A stretch of DNA of 63,819 bases, the filler included, from Chrysochromulina tobinii (lineage: Eukaryota), in NCBI GenBank assembly GCA_001275005.1. It is 5 parts of 5 records of this genome, joined end to end, with 100 filler letters (N's around TTAATTAATTAA, not from the genome) between each part and the next. Parts side by side here need not be neighbours in the genome. Positions count along the whole stretch, not along the records: positions 15,418 to 37,002 come from JWZX01000028.1; positions 37,103 to 52,256 come from JWZX01000029.1; 3 more parts are not named here. One strand, written 5' to 3'. Every line of letters begins with the position of its first letter. Positions within the stretch are counted from its first letter, which is position 1. The position numbers were made by a program, and so were the translations under genes. This document shows, piece by piece, positions 32,763 to 44,532 of the stretch. The notes beneath the pieces are model-generated. The model ran no database searches and was not told the DNA's origin. It saw nothing but the letters and a program-made list of their open reading frames with translations.

Positions 32763-34022
32763 ATGAAAGCCAGACGCCACACGAACGCGCATACCGAAGC
32801 AGCCGATGCAACGTCACTCGAGATCACTGTCACTCCTGACGACAAATCGCAACGGGCACGTTCGCCGCGCGTCCTATCACCATCGGGATGCGGATTCTCT
32901 CAAGCCTGCCTCCTCGGCACGGCAACAGCACTGGTGATCAGCGGAAGCGTCGGCACGGTCCTGCTGACACGTTTCGTGGGCTCGCGGTGCTATCTCATTG
33001 ATTGGAGCGCCGACTACTCCGATTTCTGGTCTGTGCCGGAGGTGTTCACACAGGTCGAGCTCAACCATCACATCGAGGTGCACCAGCCCGCCTTGCTCAG
33101 AGGAATGCTTGCGCATTGGCCCGCCATACGCAAGTGGACCCCCGAGTGGTTTGGCCAGACGCTCGCCGAGCGCAGGGTAGAGATCTACTTTTGGGGCCGC
33201 TCCGGCGCGGATTGGAAGCGCAGCCGCATCTTTGAGGTGACGCTCAATCAGTTTGCAAAGCTCGTCGCGCAGCACAATGAAAGGATACGGGATCACGGGG
33301 GCGATCTGGCAGCCGCCGGCCCAGCGCCGTACCTGCAGGAGGATGAGTCACTCTTTGACGAGTTCTCGTACCTCCTGATGCCCGACGTGATGAATCTGCC
33401 CTTCCGCCCCTTTGTAGAGCGGTCGCGTGACAAGGCGTTCACCGAAGGCATGGACTTGTCACACGCTCTGTGGATCGGCCCGACCGGCGCCAGGACGGGC
33501 ATTCATTGGGACAGCGTCGACGCTCTTTTGCACCAGATCCATGGCATGAAGCGCGTGATGCTCTGGCCTCCATCAGCACGATCATTCTTGTACCCTTCGG
33601 CCAAATACAACCACGGCGCGGAGCTGTCAGACGTGGACGCGAGCTATCCCAACCTGACGCGATTCCCGCGCTTCGCACAGGCGCGCACCATCTCGACTCT
33701 GCTCGATGCGGGCTCGGCGCTCTACATACCAGCTGGCTGGTGGCACGCCGTCGAATCGCTCGACACGACCATCTCCCTGGCGCTGCGCTCACAATCCAAG
33801 TGTGAGCGCCGTGCGGCCTGGGCCGACGATGCGCTCCTCTGGCTGCACCGCCAGGGGCTGTATAAGCCCGGAGACTGTGTCTGCCATCCGCCGGCCCGAG
33901 ATGCTCGGCGCGACGCGGAGCAGGGCATGGGCACGGACAGGGTCGACGCAGCTCTGCGCAAGGCCGGCATCGATCCAGACGATGCGGAGTATTCTCCGGC
34001 GGAGAGCTCCGATATCCACTAA
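32763..34022 (+). CDS. JmjC/cupin-8 2-oxoglutarate Fe(II) oxygenase with N-terminal TM helix
   Basis: QPALLRG..HWPAIRKW, LWIGPTGARTGIHWD (HxD), QIHGMKRV and LYIPAGWWHAVESL. Confidence 0.92.
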   Translation: MKARRHTNAHTEAADATSLEITVTPDDKSQRARSPRVLSPSGCGFSQACLLGTATALVISGSVGTVLLTRFVGSRCYLIDWSADYSDFWSVPEVFTQVELNHHIEVHQPALLRGMLAHWPAIRKWTPEWFGQTLAERRVEIYFWGRSGADWKRSRIFEVTLNQFAKLVAQHNERIRDHGGDLAAAGPAPYLQEDESLFDEFSYLLMPDVMNLPFRPFVERSRDKAFTEGMDLSHALWIGPTGARTGIHWDSVDALLHQIHGMKRVMLWPPSARSFLYPSAKYNHGAELSDVDASYPNLTRFPRFAQARTISTLLDAGSALYIPAGWWHAVESLDTTISLALRSQSKCERRAAWADDALLWLHRQGLYKPGDCVCHPPARDARRDAEQGMGTDRVDAALRKAGIDPDDAEYSPAESSDIH

Positions 34023-34196
34023 TCCTTCTAGAAGGAATTACCACATCGGCGTGTTGGCATGGTGTCGGAGCGTACGTTCGTCGGAGACGTTCGGTCGCTC
34101 TCGTTAAAGCTTAAACGAAAACGCAACGCGAACCAGCGGCTTATCTGAAACTCTCAACCGTCCGCGCAAGAAGTGGCATCCCCTCTACAGCTTCAG

Positions 34197-35616
34197 CTAC
34201 ACCGCCAGATCGCTCTTCGCGGAGGCCTCGGGCTCGGGCTCGGCGGCTGCCGCGATCGCCTCCGCGGCGCCTCCGCTTCCTCTTCCCGAAGAATTTTGAG
34301 CACTTTTCCAGAACTTTTTGAAGAATAGTTCTGTCTGTGCCCGTCGTGCATCAGCAGAACGTGTGTTCTGCACGCGAGCAGCGGCACTGCGCGTGGGTGA
34401 CGGGCGCGTAGGCGGCGCCTTCGGTGTGTTTGCCATCCCCCTGCGAGGCCCATCAGCATGCACTTGCTCCGCCTCTACGCGCCTCAGGAATGCTGCGACG
34501 GCCTTGTTCTTCTGCGCACAATAGAACCAGTGATCAGCACGGTGCTTAAGCGGTGCGTGGTGGTGACTCGCTCGTCAGCGCACCTTTTCGCTCGGGGCAC
34601 GCATGTAGCATAGGGGTCGGTCGGAGACATGGTTTGAGTAGCCGCCGAGACGCGGCGAGGTGCTCTTGAAGGGATCGTCGTCATTCTCTGAAGGTGCCTC
34701 CGCTGATGACAACTCTTCAGTTGGGTGAGGCCCAAGGCGCGGCGTGACAGGGTGTGTCCGCGAGTGTGGCCGTTGCGCAAGGAGGCACTGCCGTAGGAGC
34801 TCTTCGACGCGGTCCTTCTCGGCTTGCGCCAGGATATCGCTGACCACCTCATGTGCCGTCGGAGCTATGAAGCCAGCCTGGGACAGGGCGGGAGCGCTCG
34901 GGGCAACGCAGGCCAAAAATGAGTGATTGCGGGCATGTGCAATCGCATGAGCCTCTCGAACGACGTACCGCATTGTTCTCTGGGCGAAACTTGTCATCGT
35001 CGGTCCCTTTCGTTGCCCATATTTTGGTGAGTGATGCGGCTGACTGTATGATCTCTTGCCCGCCGGAAAGACGGCGTGAACGTATGTTGAACTTCCTGTC
35101 CATGGGAACCTCTTGTGAGACAAAGCGTCCCTGCAGCAGAAGACTGGCCTGATGCTCGGTCGCCTCCTTGAAGGAGTTCTCCTTGATCTTGTGCGCCGTC
35201 TGGAGTGCCTGCAACATTGCTGGGTTGGCGGGGACCTTCTGTTTACGCCTGGACCTAAAGCTGTCGTGCCAAGCCTCGCGCTTGCTGTCGAGTGCCGGCT
35301 CGTTCCGCCCCTTGTGAAAGACGTCTTCAGTCACTCCCCTCCTCTCGTCGAGCTCCTGCTGCTTCTCTTCTGCCAACTTCATCAGCTCACTACGATTTAG
35401 TGTCAGGTTTAGGACTCCCAAGAAACCCCTCGAGTAGCGACCAAAGCCACTCGCGATTGCAAAGTTGTGGTCTTTGTGTTGCGGAGAGTAGGCAGCAGTC
35501 GTTCTGAGCGCCCGTATCCTGTCCCATCGTTTCTCCTTCGAGAGCTCGTCGGATCCACTGCTTGCATCCTCGTCTGCCGGAAATGTGCCGGCGACGTCGT
35601 GGTCCGCAGATGCCAT
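34197..35616 (-). CDS. hypothetical 3-exon protein (35616-34969, 34877-34584, 34511-34197)
   Basis: Three ORFs joined in phase 0 by GTACGT..CAG and GTGCGC..CAG introns. Confidence 0.6.
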
Positions 35617-36463
35617 GCAGACTGCCAAAGGCAAAAAGGTTTCCTCGCCCGCTTTATCTGGCGTTTCGGACACCCTGTGGATGGACGTCGTGCGTGCGTG
35701 CGTGCGTGCGTCGATGCCGAAAGCGAACGAAGATTTTGTTTATTTTGGGCGCCGTCGTGAGCGGTTCTTGCGAGGCGTCGTCTGTGTTTTCGTTTTCCGT
35801 GTGTCCCGTGTGTTATCCCGTGTGTCCGGTGTGTGTCCCGGCTCCCCCCGATGTTTATGTAGGCTGATTTCGCCAGCCCGCGGCGAGGTGCGAGAGAGCG
35901 AGACAACTGCGAGCCGCCCGCGGGACTAAATCCACATCTTGTACCATGTACCTCCATTTTACCTCCATTTATCCCGATCCCGCCTTGTCCCGGGCGTAAG
36001 TCATTTGGATGTTCGGTTTGATTAGTGAATTTTTTTGGTGTCGCACGCACCTGGTCAACATGAACTCTACAAGATGAATGCAGGACCCCAGCGTGTAAAG
36101 GAGCTTATGGGTCATGGACAGCTTATGAAAAGTAGCACCTCACGCCCATACCGCATTCGCCCACATGTAGATACATGTACAGATCTTTTTCTGTTAACGC
36201 ATGCGTCGAAACGTCGAAGCAAATAAGTTTTATGTTTTCGACCGAATTCGCGGCGACAAGAACCACACAGGTCCGCGGGGGCGAGACCCCACCAAGCTGC
36301 GCATGCGAATCGCCACATGCCTTCGCACGCGCCCAGTCGCGCCACATCCGTTGCGCATGTGAGTGTGGATCAACCGAAATGTGAACCGCGCGTTCCCTGT
36401 GCCGCGTCGCCGCGTGCGCAGAGGCGTACAAAACTTCAAGGTCAATAAAGCGAACCAACACAG

Positions 36464-36808
36464 ATGGCCGACCACGCGATTGAGAAGAAGGCGCCCGCCC
36501 CATTCTCAAATGCTGCTGGCACCGATGGTGGCTGGGTCGCATCCAAGCCCCTCAAAACGCGCTACACGTCGTCAACGGGCATCACCTCCTTTGACGGTGA
36601 GTCCGCATGGGACCAGTACGACCCGCACATACTCGTTCCGAAGGAGTGGGGCAAGCAGTCCGAAAATTTTCAAAAGTCGCTGCGTGGCTGGCCAGAGCCC
36701 GACTTTGCGCACACCAATACAGCGACGTGGAAACATGCTAACACCAAGCGCTGGCCTCTGCTACGACAGCCCAAGTATAACCGCTCGGGCGTCGAGTGCT
36801 CCCTTTAA
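36464..36808 (+). CDS. small hypothetical protein (114 aa)
   Basis: ATG-started ORF with protein-like composition, divergent from the upstream gene. Confidence 0.55.
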   Translation: MADHAIEKKAPAPFSNAAGTDGGWVASKPLKTRYTSSTGITSFDGESAWDQYDPHILVPKEWGKQSENFQKSLRGWPEPDFAHTNTATWKHANTKRWPLLRQPKYNRSGVECSL

Positions 36809-37002
36809 AGACGAGGCGTACCCTCAGACGAGGAATAAAGGCGAACTGAACTAGAGGGGAACTAGCAAGAACCACGTCTCGTCTTGTCAAGACGCGAAGA
36901 ATGAAAGTCGTACGTTTAGCCCCCTGCAAGGGTTTCACAGGGGGTGGGCGAAACCCGAAACCCATGGGTTTCAGACCCAGGAGCCAAGCCTGAAACCCGA
37001 AA

Positions 37003-37102
37003 NNNNNNNNNNNNNNNNNNNNNNNNNNNNNNNNNNNNNNNNNNNNTTAATTAATTAANNNNNNNNNNNNNNNNNNNNNNNNNNNNNNNNNNNNNNNNNN
37101 NN
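37003..37102. other. artificial contig linker
   Basis: N-TTAATTAATTAA-N, 100 nt. Confidence 0.98.
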
Positions 37103-37351
37103 CCAGACTCGCCATGTCGCTGGCCCCCAGGCGAGGACGGAGAGGCAGTCCGCGCGAGAAAGAGGTCCATCGAAGTAGGGGGTCGAGCGATCTCAGGCTG
37201 CTTGTCGCTCGACTCTTTTCACTTAGTGAACGAGAGGAGAGGTGTTTACTCGACAGGCAGCAGCTGGTCTTTCCGGGGCGACGTGGAGGCGCGCGAGTGG
37301 ACTGCTTTTCGTGACGACGGCCGCGTCGCTTTCACGCGGTGCCTGGCGCAC

Positions 37352-39646
37352 ATGGCGCGCCGCACGGATGAAGACCCTTGGCACGAAGCTCGCGAGACGC
37401 TGGCAGCCGCGCGGCTACACGCAGCAGAAGCAGCCGGCGCGCTAGGCTCCGTGGCCCTGAAGCTTGGGGCGGCGGCGACGGCTGCAGCGCAGGCTGCGGC
37501 AACTTCATTGCGCCGAGCGGTCGAGCCAAAATTGCGGTCATTGTATGAGGATGCAATAGGCACGACTACGAATGCTGCCACAAGCGTCCTCGACCATCCT
37601 GAGCTAGTGCCAGTGAGCATCATGTTCATCGTCGCACTCGTTGCCCTCCTCGTGTGTCGGGCATGCATCTATCCGATAGGCTTCTTCAAGCTCAGTGCCC
37701 TCGCCCTGATGATGGCGATACCCAGCGTAGCCGAAGTGCTCGCAGCATCGGCCGCAGCTGGTGTGGCCATCGTCGTGACACATCCTTCGGTGAGCGCCGC
37801 ATTTCAAGCGATCATGGAACATCCGCACGCGGCCACCGCCTCTGTCTTCTTGGGGTTGGTGCGCGATGCATCGATCGACTTGGCGAGGGCAGGCTACGAC
37901 GTGGTCGCAAGCCACCCGCAGGTGGAATTGCTCCTTACAGATGCGCGTGTGCACGAGCTACGTGCTCACCCGCACATTGCTGCCACGCTTGGGCACGCGC
38001 ATCTGCCCACCCTCCTGCAGTGGGTCAGCGCTCTCTTGGCTGTGGCCATCTCGAGCGTGTTCCTGCGCTGCTTGTGTTACTGCTTCTGGTGTGGCCGCGG
38101 TCAAGAGACTGCCGAATCCGCGGCTGCGTCCGCAACTCGAGCGGCGAAAAAGGAACGCCAGAGGGAAGCCAGGGCGGCCGTTAGGGAGGCCGCGAAAGCC
38201 AAGGCCGGCATGCATGGAAAGCCGGCTGTGGGGACCTCACGCTCTCGGCTTCGTGGTGTTGGCGAGTTCGAGCTGCGGGACGAGAGCGACGAGCGTGTCG
38301 CGTGGGGAGCGCTCGTGCTCGCGCCCTTTTGGAGCGTGCATCGCATGGGCAGCACCGTGTGGAGGTTGCTTTCCTGGTTCATGCGAACGGTCATGCGAAC
38401 TTGGGAGCAAGCAGCGGAACCGGAGGACGTGCCGATGCCATCTGCAGAAGACGACGAAGACGCGAGCGTGGGCAGCACTGATCATGGAGGCAACGGCGCC
38501 GGGAAGCCCTCGACGGCTGGCGACGGCGGGCCCAGTCGTCGAAAGCGAGGCGGCAAAGCGGACGCGCCGCTCATCAGCCACCCACGACTGCTCACCACCT
38601 GCAAGGGCTTCGCAGAGGAAGTCACCTCAGCTGACTTATCTCAAGATGGGACCCTCGCCGTGGCGGTCAGCTCGGACCGCACTGTTCGCCTGTTCCCCGG
38701 TCTGCAGCATGCAGGCACCAAGACGCCGCTGCCAGCCCCCTTAATGGCCAACATACCGCTCGATCATGGCACCGCTTGCAGCCTCGCATCCAACGGGCGC
38801 AATCTGATCGTGGCCACGGCCGCATCACGCCAGGTGCTCGCATTCACTCTGGAGCCCAAGGTGGTGGTCAAGCGCACTTTCCCCTCCTCGGGCGCAGCGG
38901 CACACACGGGGAAGATTTGCGCAGCACTCATTGCGCCCAATTCGAAGTACATCGTCACGGTCGGCTCGGAGCTCGACACCACCGTGAAGCTCTGGTCGCT
39001 CAGCGGCGACCTGATCGCGAGTGAAAACACCAAGCAAGTGGAGCAGTTTGGGGCATCCATCTCGGTGGACTCCCGGCTCGTTGCCATTGCATGCACGTCG
39101 GCCGTGAGTGCTCAGCGTGCGGTGGCCCCGCGGCATGGCCAGGTGCCCATCTTTGAGCTCGTGGCCACCTCTACCGCAGCGGAACCTACTGGCCTTCGTC
39201 GGGTACTCTGCGTGGGCGGCCACACGCGCGGCGTCACTTCGGTATCGTTTGCAAAGGACTGTGTGCATCTTGGGATCGCATCCCTCGATTGCGAGTGGAG
39301 CGTTGTGCGCACCGATGTGCGCTACGATCTCAAGGTCGAGGCCAAGGAGGCCGCACGTGGCGTGGCACCCCACCGCACGCCTTTCTCCCGCATCGCCCTC
39401 TCGCCTTTCGCCCACAGGCTGGTCGGTGCAACGGCCACCGGAATCAGTATTGTGGACGTTGCGAAGGCGGCGCGCAGCTTGAAGGCCGACGCCTACGTGC
39501 TGCAGACGATCGAGGCGCATGGGCATGGAGCCATCCGAGCCCTCGTGTACTCGACGGATGGGATGCGCGTGTTGAGCGGGGGGGAAGATGGGCGGCTGCG
39601 GCTGTGGCGTGTTGAGGATGACGATGGCAAAATGGGCAAACTCTGA
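37352..39646 (+). CDS. TBL2: transducin beta-like 2 (TBL2)-like WD40 protein with extended hydrophobic N-terminus
   Basis: HPRLLTTCKG..VTSADLSQDG..SSDRTVRLF and TDVRY resemble TBL2; several WD40 repeats, the last being LSGGEDGRLRLW. Confidence 0.72.
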   Translation: MARRTDEDPWHEARETLAAARLHAAEAAGALGSVALKLGAAATAAAQAAATSLRRAVEPKLRSLYEDAIGTTTNAATSVLDHPELVPVSIMFIVALVALLVCRACIYPIGFFKLSALALMMAIPSVAEVLAASAAAGVAIVVTHPSVSAAFQAIMEHPHAATASVFLGLVRDASIDLARAGYDVVASHPQVELLLTDARVHELRAHPHIAATLGHAHLPTLLQWVSALLAVAISSVFLRCLCYCFWCGRGQETAESAAASATRAAKKERQREARAAVREAAKAKAGMHGKPAVGTSRSRLRGVGEFELRDESDERVAWGALVLAPFWSVHRMGSTVWRLLSWFMRTVMRTWEQAAEPEDVPMPSAEDDEDASVGSTDHGGNGAGKPSTAGDGGPSRRKRGGKADAPLISHPRLLTTCKGFAEEVTSADLSQDGTLAVAVSSDRTVRLFPGLQHAGTKTPLPAPLMANIPLDHGTACSLASNGRNLIVATAASRQVLAFTLEPKVVVKRTFPSSGAAAHTGKICAALIAPNSKYIVTVGSELDTTVKLWSLSGDLIASENTKQVEQFGASISVDSRLVAIACTSAVSAQRAVAPRHGQVPIFELVATSTAAEPTGLRRVLCVGGHTRGVTSVSFAKDCVHLGIASLDCEWSVVRTDVRYDLKVEAKEAARGVAPHRTPFSRIALSPFAHRLVGATATGISIVDVAKAARSLKADAYVLQTIEAHGHGAIRALVYSTDGMRVLSGGEDGRLRLWRVEDDDGKMGKL

Positions 39647-39989
39647 CGCGCCACCTCGACCAGGTACGGTGAGAGGTGGAGGCTGGGGCCGGAGGGACCC
39701 TCACCCAGCCCGCCCGGATTTGAACCCACCGCGTCGCCGTCCGGCCGACGGCGCCCGGTTCCGGTTCGGATCGGATCGTGTGGAACGATCGAGGATCGTG
39801 AGGGCTGTAACTCCACGTGCCCAACTCCCCTTACAAAGGATACATCGATAAATCTAGTTTCTACCTGCTTTTTTGACTCGCGCGGCTTCTGAACTCTCTC
39901 TCTCTCAGTCTCTCTCTCTCTCTCCCTTAACTCGTCCACACGCGTGGACCTTGGGCGTCCGGGACGCGGGAGCATCTTCCTCCTGCCTC

Positions 39990-42900
39990 TCAGTCAGCGA
40001 GCACGTCCTGCTCACCCGTGCGCCCGGGGCCGCGCGCTGGCTTGGGCACCTGCATCACGCGCTTCATGCCCGAGGCGACGGCGGCGACGCGCACGAGGCT
40101 CGCCTCCTTATCGCGCACGCGCTCACGCGCCGCCTCGAGCTGCGCACGCGCACGCATGATCTCCGCTTTGAGCTCCGCCTGCTTCGCGTCCCAGCAGTAG
40201 ACGCAGTGGCTCACGAGGGCGCTCGTGGCGGCGGCGAGGCGCTCCCATTCCCAAGTGGCCACACGCGCATCGATGAGCATGGGCGCGTCGGACGCGACGC
40301 TCCCTGAGCGGCGAAGTGCATCCGACAATTGCACCGCTAGCGAGAGTACAAGCTGCCGGCGCGGCTCGAGCGCCGCCTCTAGCCGCGCGCTTGCGGCCTC
40401 CGCCTCGCGTGCAGCGGCCGCGCTCGCACTAGCGTGGGCCTCGGCCTTTTGCAAGGCAGCGCCGCCCTCGAGCACCTTCTCATCGGCCTTGAGGAGCGCT
40501 GTCTCGAGCTTCTCGCACCGCCGACGCGATGTCGCCCATTGCTCCTGGACCGCGCGCAGCTCAACCTCGGCGCGCGCAATCGCCTCCTCCTTGTGCACCG
40601 CCTCCCGCCGAAGCCGGAGCGCCTCGTCACACACGTGCTGCATGCGCGACTGGAGGCTGTGCAGTCCCGCGTTCGCACCGCGCAGAGCCAGGCTTGCCAC
40701 GCCACCGCGCGTCGTTGCCGCCACCGCCGCGGCCATCGCCGCGCCGTTGCTGCTGCCGTGAACGAGGACCCCATCCAACCACTGGTGGAGTGCTTCTACC
40801 GCCTCGGTCAGGGCGGCCGCGCCCTCGTTGGTCGTCTTTACGATCTCGTCGGCCGTGCGCTGCGCCGTCGCCTGTGCGACCTCCGCTGCGGCCACCTCAC
40901 GCTCCACACGCCTGAATGCCGCCTCCGCCGCCGCCTCTGCGTGCGAGCGCGCCTCGTGCTCGTCAGCTGCGTGGGAACGTGCCTCCTCCACCTCTCGCTG
41001 CGCCTGCGATCGTGCCGTCTCCGCCTCACGCTGAGCCTGCACACAAGGGATGAGGAGGGGATGAGGAGAGGATGAGGAGAGGAGTGCACGTTGAGGGAGG
41101 TATGAAGGCGGAGGTGCGGAGGGGGCCACGCAGCACACCTCGGCAGCGCGCCGGTCGGCGACGCGCGCCGCATCAGCCTTCGCGTCGGCGAGAGCAGTGA
41201 GCTCTGATGCACGCTGCTGAGCTCGGCGGAGCTCGACCTCGGCCAGATCGAGCTTCGCCACCACCTGCTCATGCACCCGCTGCAGCTGGGTGTGAACGCT
41301 TACATACCCTGTCAGCTCCTGCTCGAGGTCACGCAGCTCGGCATGAAGAAGCGCCTCGCGCGTGCCACTCTCGCGCCGCGCTGAGCGCAGGGCTTCGCTG
41401 CCCTCGCGCCGCGCTGAGCGCAGCTCATCCTCTGCCCTCGATCGTGCCTCGCTAAGCTCATCCTTGGCCTTCGCGCGTGCCTCACTAAGCTCATCCTTGG
41501 CCTTCGCGCGAGCCTCGCGCAACTCATCCTCTGCCCTCGCGCGTGCCTCGCTGAGGTCACCCGTTGCTTTCAAACGCGCCTCGCGCAACTCGTCCTCTAG
41601 TGCCTTCTGACTGCGGGTAGTAGTTTCCTCGAGTAGACGCAGCTTCGCCTCATATTGCTCCCGCTCCTGCGTGCACTCCGCCTCGTATTTCTCGCGTTCC
41701 GCCTCATATTGTGCCAAGTCTGCCTCGCGCCCTGCCTCGTATTCCTCACGAGCCGCCTCGTATTCTTCACGAGCTGCCTCGTGCCTTTTGCGCGCCGCCT
41801 CGCGCTCAGCCTCGCATTCGTTCAAAGTGATCGTGCGCTCGGTCTCGTATCTCGCGACGATCTCCGCATGCACGCGCGTCATGGACTCCTCGCGCATCTT
41901 CGCCAGCTTGAGCTCCTTGCTCGCCTGTGCAAGCGCCAGCCGTGGCCCAAGCTCTGCCTGTGCGAGCGACGCGATTCGCTCGGCCTCGAGGTAACGGGCG
42001 CTCTCGGCGGCGCTCTCGATGGGGATCCCAATGCGCTCCGCCTTTTCGGGCGCGAGCACTTCAAATGGCACGTCGGGCGCCGCCACGGGCGCTAGGACGG
42101 GCGAGGACGGTGGGACGAGGAGGCTACATCCGCTCGAGACTCCAAGCGATTGGAGTGTACGCAAATCCACTTGGAGTGTACTCAAATCATCCGGCGCGCT
42201 CGACCAACTGCGCACAGCAGCAGCGCTCATCACGCCAGCGCTCATCACGCCAGCGTTCATCACGGCGCTCATCGCGCCTCCCGCGCCCGCGCCGTGATGG
42301 GCGCCGTCGCTGCCGACAGCTTCGACGCTCCACGCGCCGGGATGGGCGCCGATGGCCAAGGAGACGGGCGTGTTGGCGGCGGCGACGACACCGTGCCGGT
42401 GGCAAGCTTCGTGCAGCTTCGTCATCGCGTTCCGTCGCTCCGTCAACTCTTGACGTATCTCGTTGAGGGTCGCGTCGCGCTCGGCCAGCGTCGCTCGCAC
42501 ACCCGCCAGCTCCACCCGCGATCGTTCGTGCGCGGCGACGGCCGCGTAGAGCGTCGACTCCATCTGCGAGCGCACATCGCCGATCGCCTCTTCGAGAGCT
42601 GCCGCGGACTCGGCATTCAGCCGCTCCGAGTGCTCCGCAAGCTGCCGTTGGGTCGCCACGCTCATCTCCTCGGAGAGCGCCTGCGTTGTCTCGCGGAGGA
42701 TGCGCACCTGCGCCTGCAGGCGCTGCACGCCTTCCTGGCTCTCGCGAAGAGACTCCGAGCGCATGCGCTCCGCCATCGCGTGCGCGATTGCCTGATTCAC
42801 CAGGCATGCATCGAGAGCACTCGCCTCGTCCAGAGACTTGGAGAAGGCCGAAAATCGCCGCGAGAAGGCCTCGAGGACCCCTCGAGAACGCCTCGAGAAC

Positions 42901-43123
42901 GCTTTATCGAGCGCCAAAGCCTGCGGTGGTGACGACCGCGGCGGCGAGTGGCTGCTGCTGGCAGCTGGCGTCAGTGGCGTCAGTGGCGTGGGAGAAGCCT
43001 CGCGCGGCGTCGGCCGAGCCGGGTTTCTCGTAGCACGACGTGGCGCCGCGCTGGATGCGCGCCGGCTGGGCTGAGGCGTCGTGGGTAGGAAAGATCCCGA
43101 AGGGGCTCCGACGCATGCGCTCA
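39990..43123 (-). CDS. long coiled-coil protein; probable in-frame intron 41037-41138
   Basis: Heptad-rich A/E/R/L ORF with 11-aa EDELREARAKA repeats; GAG|GTGTGC..GTGCAG|GCT intron. Start uncertain. Confidence 0.75.
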
Positions 43124-43180
43124 TTTCCGCGCCTGGCTGGGCACCGTGGTGTAGAACGGTCGCATTCACATTACCAGGAA

Positions 43181-43380
43181 AGTCAAGTCAAGTAAAGTGA
43201 AGACTTGACTTGACTACATTGTACCGGGAAAAAGACACCGGGGGAGCCGGTAAAAAGACACCGGGGGGAGACGGGACACCCCGGTAAAAAGACACCGGGA
43301 GGAGCCGGGACACACCCGGTACAAGTACGACGGTACAAGGACGAAAAATCTGCAGAGCGGGCACACACGGGACACGGCTC
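43181..43380. repeat. dispersed repeat: AGTCA-unit hairpin plus GACACCGGG repeats, related to 35795-35850 (opposite strand)
   Basis: AGTCAAGTCAAGT-9 nt-ACTTGACTTGACT stem; GGAGCCGGGACACAC also occurs as its reverse complement near 35830-35845. Confidence 0.6.
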
Positions 43381-43855
43381 TGAGGCCTATCTGTAGCCTA
43401 TCTGAGGCCTCTATGCTCTTTATGCTCTGAGGTGACCGTCCTCCGCGGACCCTCTAATATGCGGCGGTGGCCGGAGCGAGGCGTTGGGGTGGGCTACTAT
43501 CACGTGTTCACGTCAGCTGTTGAAGTCGAACATATTTTCAAGGGCATATACCATATTTTACATTGAACTCACACCACTCCAACATGTTGGGCGCGCGCAA
43601 ATACGTAAGCTACGCGCCCGCGGAGCTGCGATCGGTCCGGGGAACGGAGCCAGACCCTGCGCGGTGCGCCGATCGCGGCGAGAGACGAGATGCTGAGCGG
43701 ACAGATCGGGTGTCTGGGAAGATGTTCGCCGGCGGCACTCTCGAATTCCGTTCAAGTACGACGATCCACTACAAGCACGTTCCCGCCGCGGTTGTTTCGA
43801 CAAGGTAGCGCACAGGTGTGCCGTTCCGCAGAATACGCCATCCTCACGCCGGTAA

Positions 43856-44071
43856 TCACGCCGACTCGGGCGCACTAGGCTGTGCCGCAGCCGCGTCGGC
43901 AGCTCTGAGCGCCGCTACAGCCTCAGGGTCGATAAAAGTGTCGGGCGAGATGATCTGCGCTATGCGCTTGAGTGCATTCGGTGGCTGCTCGCGAATGACC
44001 TGGGCAAGCGCCAGTGAGAGCGCATTCTGGATGCCCTGCTCCTCCATGTACTTTATGTCCCCGTCCGACAT
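43856..44071 (-). CDS. small stand-alone Dpy-30/RIIa-like dimerisation-docking protein
   Basis: KYMEEQGIQNALSLALAQVIREQPPNALKRIAQII fits the Dpy-30/RIIa pattern YL....I...L..AL..V....P.DP+. Confidence 0.65.
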   Translation of the reverse strand: MSDGDIKYMEEQGIQNALSLALAQVIREQPPNALKRIAQIISPDTFIDPEAVAALRAADAAAAQPSAPESA

Positions 44072-44532
44072 CGCGAATTATTCTGCAACGGATCAGTGAA
44101 AAACGCAACCGCCTTTTTTTTTGACTACGACATCTACTTGCATGCGCGGACGGTTTGATATACATTGTAGCTTGTATGGGAAAGATGTTGTCGCGGAAGA
44201 GTTAACGAACACACGACGAATCGGTTTCACAGGGTCCAGATAAGCGCCTGCGTCCTGTGACGTGTACGCAGCGTGTACGGTCGCGTCAAGATGAAGATCT
44301 CAAGCGCTCACCGTGGCGCCCCCCTGGCGTCCCACCGTGTCACAGTGAAGACCGCCTCCTCGTCCCATGTCGGTCCCGTAACTCTGTAGATGAAATCACA
44401 TATGAATTTCGGCCATGAGAGGCCACCGCGGCCCGCGGGCTCCACACTTGGACACACATTCCAACCGAGAGCCACGGAGGTAAACACACGCGCTCGCCAC
44501 CGCCTCCCCTCGCCATCCTGCGCCTCGCGCAC

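Noticed and set aside
39700..39770. tRNA or SINE on the minus strand (GGTTCAAATCC B-box)
   Set aside because: The T-arm stem does not pair, and no acceptor stem, anticodon arm or A-box was found.
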